Source: an uncultured Rubripirellula sp.
GTDB taxonomy: Bacteria > Planctomycetota > Planctomycetia > Pirellulales > Pirellulaceae
Length of the DNA stretch: 64,000 bases
NCBI GenBank assembly: GCA_938085445.1
Contig: CALKGR010000001.1
Span: 151,792 to 215,791 of the forward strand
Direction of reading: 5' to 3'
The notes beneath the pieces were generated by a model. It saw nothing but the letters and a program-made list of their open reading frames with translations, was not told the DNA's origin and did not search any database. The position numbers were made by a program, and so were the translations under genes. This document shows, one piece after another, positions 59,600-64,000 of this stretch (the stretch's first letter is position 1; the number at the start of each line of letters is the position of its first letter).

Positions 59600-61240
59600 T
59601 CAAATGATCCGGTCTCGCAGGATCTCTTCAGCTGCATTCTTTCCGCAAGCACCCATGACACCTCCACCGGGATGACTGGCAGCACCGCACATGTACAAAC
59701 CCTCAATGGGCGTGCGATGATCTGCCCAACCGGGCACAGGTCGCATCATGTGTAGCTGGTTCAAATTCATTGATCCCTGAAATATGTTACCACCTGTCAA
59801 TCCATAAGTCCGTTCAATGTCGACAGGGCTCAACACTTGACGATGCTCGATCGCATTCGTAATGTTCGGCGCGTACTCAGCAACACGCTCCACGCAACGG
59901 TCGGCAAATCCCTCTTTGATGTCATCCCACACTAAACCGTCTTTCAGTTTGTAAGGAGCGTACTGCACAAACATACTCATAATATGTTTGCCCTCCGGAG
60001 AGATGGTCCGATCAACACTCGTAGGGATCGTGATTTCGACAATCGGATTTTTGCTCGGTTCACCATACTTGGCATCGTCATAAGCTCTTTCAACTTCTTC
60101 CAACGTTTCACCGATATGAATGGTACCGTTGTGTTGCGGTGCTATTCCGGTTGACGGAAGACATTTGAAGTTGGGCAACTCTGAAAGTGCCAAATTGATT
60201 TTGGCTGTTGCAGAGCTGTAATCAATTCGATCAACAGCGGCACGGAAAGGAGAAGGCAAATCACCTTCCTTCAGAAAGTGATTGAAGGTCAGATTGGCAT
60301 CAACGCTGGAAGCCACGACAGAGGCTCCCAATTCACGGCCATCACTCAGCAAGACTCCGCGAGTCTGATTTTTTTCAACCATGATCTGCTGGACTTGGCA
60401 CTCTGTCTCAATCACCACGCCCAGTTGGCGACAAACGTTTGCAATCGAATCGGACAGGGCGCCCATGCCACCCTCGACGTAGCCCCAGACCCCTCGGGCC
60501 CCTCCTGCTGTTCCCATCACATGGTGTAACAACACGTACGCAGTTCCTGGTTGTGAGATCGAAGCAAACGCGCCGATCACAGCATCCGTCGCAAGCGTGG
60601 TTTTTAGCACCTCGGTTTCGAACCATCGTTCCAAGACCGGCCTCGCGGCTGCTGTTAATAGTTCAATTCCCTCGGGAATCGTCTCTTCCATGGAAGCCAA
60701 TGCCCTGCGCAGCGCCCATCCCTTCTTAAGGTCGCGTATTTTTTTACCCATACCAATTCGTCGCCAGCTAGCGGGCAAAGGTAATAGATCGGGAGCAGCT
60801 TGATTCAGCACAGGCTCAAGATGCTTGGCGACATCCTCAAGCACTTTCTCATAATGCGTGAAAGATTCCGCATCGGACTTACTGAAGCTTGCGATCTGAT
60901 CATAGTTCTGTTGTTTATCCGCACCCAACATTAAGTGCCGCCCATCTCGCATCGGCGTGAAGGAAGATGGGACTCGTGGCAAAATGGTTAACCCATTTTG
61001 TTTGAGTTGAAGGTCCGAAATGATTTCCGGCAGCAGCAAACTTACAACGTAAGAGGCTGTCGAAACTTTATAACCCGGCCACAATTCTTCGGTCACGCTG
61101 CACCCCCCCAGCATGGGACGACGCTCGAGAACACAGACGCTCTTTCCACGCTTCGCGAGGTACGCAGCAGCAATCAAACCGTTGTGCCCGCCGCCGATAA
61201 TGATGCAGTCATACTTCGCAGATTTGCTCAAATTTGCCAT
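59600..61240 (-). CDS. FAD-dependent oxidoreductase, phytoene dehydrogenase/PYROXD2-like
   Basis: IIGGGHNGLIAAAYLA, GGMGAL, GGNIFQG, TPIEGLYMCGAASHPGGGVMG. Confidence 0.9.
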   Translation of the reverse strand: MANLSKSAKYDCIIIGGGHNGLIAAAYLAKRGKSVCVLERRPMLGGCSVTEELWPGYKVSTASYVVSLLLPEIISDLQLKQNGLTILPRVPSSFTPMRDGRHLMLGADKQQNYDQIASFSKSDAESFTHYEKVLEDVAKHLEPVLNQAAPDLLPLPASWRRIGMGKKIRDLKKGWALRRALASMEETIPEGIELLTAAARPVLERWFETEVLKTTLATDAVIGAFASISQPGTAYVLLHHVMGTAGGARGVWGYVEGGMGALSDSIANVCRQLGVVIETECQVQQIMVEKNQTRGVLLSDGRELGASVVASSVDANLTFNHFLKEGDLPSPFRAAVDRIDYSSATAKINLALSELPNFKCLPSTGIAPQHNGTIHIGETLEEVERAYDDAKYGEPSKNPIVEITIPTSVDRTISPEGKHIMSMFVQYAPYKLKDGLVWDDIKEGFADRCVERVAEYAPNITNAIEHRQVLSPVDIERTYGLTGGNIFQGSMNLNQLHMMRPVPGWADHRTPIEGLYMCGAASHPGGGVMGACGKNAAEEILRDRII

Positions 61241-61804
61241 GTCTCTGCCCAGCCTCGGGTCATACTCGTTGGATCAATACAAACTCTACTTTTGATCGCT
61301 CCTCTAGCGGAACGCTCATGCCGTAACCATTCAACCATTCAACCGCATTTACCGCGAGGACCCGTCTTGGAATTCGCTCTCATTTGACGCGATCCAACCA
61401 TTTTTACGGCGTTCGAGTCTCACTGTTCAGCCACTCAGTGCTCTGATGGACCGCAGCCTTTTCGGCATAGCACGATCACCAAATCAACACGGCGGGAATC
61501 CAGCCAGCCGAATCACTGCAACGAAAAAAACCCTTGTAATTCCGCTTTGCATTGATGTCACCATACAAAACATATGCCTTCTTAGTATCAGCATACAGCT
61601 CGACAGCTCTCGTGCCAGCAACGAGTTTATCGCAGCAAACAAGCTACCGACGCCAAGTCGCAGAGTGAATAAGATGGCACAAATGGGAGTACAGTCATTG
61701 TTACGAACTGCTGAACATCGAAAACTTCTCCATGCACCGCAATGACTGCTCATGATCCATTATATTTCGGACCCAGATTCTTCCCGCCTAAAAGGAAATA
61801 CCAC

Positions 61805-62482
61805 ATGCTTCGGTTCACCCTCTGCATTGCCCTAACCCTTTCTCTGGGCTCAAATTGCCTTGCTCAAAAGCTCGCCGCCGAACCGCCCAACATTGATCCA
61901 GCGTTACCAAATGTTCTACTGATAGGTGACTCCATTTCCATCGGCTACACGTCGCCGGTTCGTAAAAAAATGGCTGGGACAGCGAACATTTTTCGTCCTA
62001 AAACAAATTGTGGCCCCACGACCAAAGGCATCGCAGAGCTGGAAAAGTGGTTGGGAGATCGTAAATGGAGCGTCATTCACTTCAATCATGGACTGCACGA
62101 CTTAAAATACATGGGTCCCAACAACGAGAACCTGGCGGACCCCAAAGGCTCAAAGTCTCATCAACAGGTCCCCCCGGCTGAATACGAATCCAACCTGAAG
62201 ATGATTGCCGAACGACTGAAGAAAACCGGTGCGGTTGTGATCTGGTGTGAAACAACTCCCGTGCCAGAAGGAGCAAAGGGTCGTGTTGTTGGTGATAGCA
62301 AAAAGTACAACGAGATCGCAGCCAAAGTGATGACGGAACTGGGCGACATCAAAACCAATCCACTTTGGCAATTGTCCAGCAAAGAAGTACCAACGCGTCC
62401 TGCGAATGTTCATTACACGGCGGAAGGCTCAAACAAACTGGCAGATCAAGTGGCCTCGGTCATCAAGAAAAACCTGCCTTAG
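61805..62482 (+). CDS. Secreted SGNH/GDSL hydrolase
   Basis: LIGDSISIGY, FNHGLHD, NVHYT; signal peptide; AGGA Shine-Dalgarno. Confidence 0.88.
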   Translation: MLRFTLCIALTLSLGSNCLAQKLAAEPPNIDPALPNVLLIGDSISIGYTSPVRKKMAGTANIFRPKTNCGPTTKGIAELEKWLGDRKWSVIHFNHGLHDLKYMGPNNENLADPKGSKSHQQVPPAEYESNLKMIAERLKKTGAVVIWCETTPVPEGAKGRVVGDSKKYNEIAAKVMTELGDIKTNPLWQLSSKEVPTRPANVHYTAEGSNKLADQVASVIKKNLP

Positions 62483-62606
62483 AGAGTGATCGACCATGAG
62501 TCGTTTCTGAATGTTGACAATTAGACGAAATGAACCACCGACGGCTACGATAGTCCATTCTGAGCGAATGGGAAATCGAATCGCTCCAGGAGCTATTGAA
62601 AAGCTT

Positions 62607-62816
62607 ATGAACAACAGTCAGCAGCCACACCGTTCCCGCATCAAGGAAATGTGTGGATTCGGTTTGGGATGTTTACTTGGAGGACTCACTGGTGTTCTAG
62701 CGGGACTATTGTCCTCGAATGAAACACTAATCATGCTCTGCTACTGCATCGGCTTTGTTGGCGGTGGGTATCTTGGTGCCTGTGCCACTAGACGACTCAC
62801 TGCACGTAGTGACTAG
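62607..62816 (+). CDS. Small Gly-rich two-TM membrane protein
   Basis: 69 aa with GxxxG-rich helices (GFGLGCLLGGLTGVLAG, IGFVGGGYLG). Confidence 0.5.
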   Translation: MNNSQQPHRSRIKEMCGFGLGCLLGGLTGVLAGLLSSNETLIMLCYCIGFVGGGYLGACATRRLTARSD

Positions 62817-63110
62817 ATAAGACATTTCCAATGGATCTTAGGAAGCCAGAGCGACGATACTTCCCAGCTTTTCGACGAGGTAAGCAAGTCTCAAGGAGAA
62901 TGCAATAGACGCAGTTTCATCTGGGCTATCAGTGGTGCCTGCTGCAACGCACAGGTTGGTGGGTCTGGACCCATGTTGCGAGTCAGCGAAACACCAAAAT
63001 GGATGTAAATCGAGAGCTTGGCTGTACAACAGAAGTTTATTGTTTCGAGACCAGCGACCGAGCCAAAGATCTTGCCTTTTGCCAACACAGAATCATGAAG
63101 TTGCACCCAT

Positions 63111-63148
63111 AAAAAACGCTGCTTCTGGACGAATCCAAAAACAGCGTG
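63111..63148 (-). terminator. Rho-independent terminator downstream of the tRNA-Leu 3' fragment
   Basis: Minus strand ACGCTGTTTTTGGA-TTCG-TCCAGAAGCAGCGT-TTTTT. Confidence 0.8.
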
Positions 63149-63158
63149 ATTTGCTTAA

Positions 63159-63213
63159 TACCGGAGGTGGGACTCGAACCCACATGAGATTGCTCTCACC
63201 GGATTTTGAATCC
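63159..63213 (-). pseudogene. 3' half of tRNA-Leu(CAA), probable att-site remnant
   Basis: Minus strand GGA-TTCAAAA-TCCGG-TGAGA GCAA TCTCA-T-GTGGG TTCGAGT CCCAC-CTCCGGT-A: anticodon loop, long variable arm, T arm and 3' acceptor strand present; D arm and 5' acceptor strand absent. Confidence 0.9.
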
Positions 63214-64000
63214 TTATAAAAGGTCAAACCAATGTCACCTGTTAGACAGGCTATTCGCTGTAAGTTAAGCAACAACAATTACTTACAACTTCTTGCTGAT
63301 GTTTGTCGCATGATTCGCAGAGGCAATCATTGACTTGGTTTGCCGTACAGTTGCCGTAGACGCTCTATTGCCAAAACTATGCGTCTAATCAATCGCCAAA
63401 TCGTGCCTACTTGCAAACCACAGCCAAACAATGAACGTAAACAATGTTCGATGATGATCTGCCGCTCGACTGGATAGCTTACGAAGCGTTCAGAATCCTC
63501 GCTGACGACTTCCGTCAATGCCCAGTGTTGTGAGATTGGGATTCTAAATCGCGTCGATTCTGAGCCTGATACAGAGCTTGTGTGCGACGTTTGTGATGCA
63601 GTGTTCAGAGTTGGTGATGAATAATTAACACTTGTGAGAGTGTTGGGGTGTGCTTTGACTACCTACCCCATAATTTACCTTCCCAGTTGGTAAGTCCCTG
63701 CCTCTGTGAGATTTGCACGGTGTTATGAACACCGCTGAATAGCGGCGATTGAGGTTGTCGCGTTACGCTTCTACGATCTTGAACTGGGCGTTATTCGATC
63801 CAACCAAATATCCTCGTAAGGATGCGGTTGAAGGGTGAGTTACGGGCGAGCGATCTAGTTAGTGAAGAACAGGAATCGACTGAGGGGATGAGTGATGTCT
63901 TTTGGCAGTGGATACGATTATCAAAATATTCCCCAACCGAAGTTAGATAAGGATAAAGAGACCAGCGACGACACCTTTCCAAGTGATCATCTCGCAACAC
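63214..64000. mobile_element. Probable end of a tRNA-Leu-integrated genomic island or prophage extending beyond the window
   Basis: Begins where tRNA homology stops; AT-richer than the window; no convincing CDS; no integrase visible in the window. Confidence 0.55.

Noticed and set aside
59600..61240. Carotenoid biosynthesis cluster (crtI)
   Set aside because: No crtB or crtE neighbours; the motifs fit the broader PYROXD2-like group
63159..63245. Intact tRNA-Leu, or a tRNA split by a group I intron
   Set aside because: No D arm or 5' acceptor strand; the anticodon loop is uninterrupted and homology breaks inside the stem, which fits an att remnant rather than an intron
63327..64000. Short ORFs at the right edge as island genes
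   Set aside because: Under 70 aa, no motifs, and one is truncated by the window end

Overview
Gene-dense bacterial chromosomal window of roughly 50% GC. Gene content points to a marine Planctomycete, probably Pirellulaceae-like (inference from the sulfatases, PQQ-type beta-propellers, DUF1571-like protein, fused aroD/aroE, class II DAHP synthase and eukaryote-type UDP-sugar pyrophosphorylase). About 40 CDS are supportable. They include housekeeping genes (carB, dusB, rplM, rpsI, infA, lepA, aroDE, cutA, an lptD-like gene), a MacAB-type ABC exporter, hydrolases and DNA repair genes. No CRISPR array, rRNA, transposase or integrase is visible. Three items stand out. (1) A candidate undescribed lipoyl-carrier system: an operon of beta-propeller, atypical HemN-like radical SAM enzyme and stand-alone GcvH-like protein, with a giant FtsX-type permease coupled to a lipoate-ligase-family gene about 7 kb downstream on the same strand. 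(2) A 141-bp diverged duplicate of the galM 3' end flanking an orphan gene, consistent with an allele-replacement islet. (3) The 3' half of tRNA-Leu(CAA) with its terminator at 63.1-63.2 kb, consistent with the att boundary of an integrated element running off the right edge. Product calls come from motif recognition only; no database searches were run, and start codons are best estimates.
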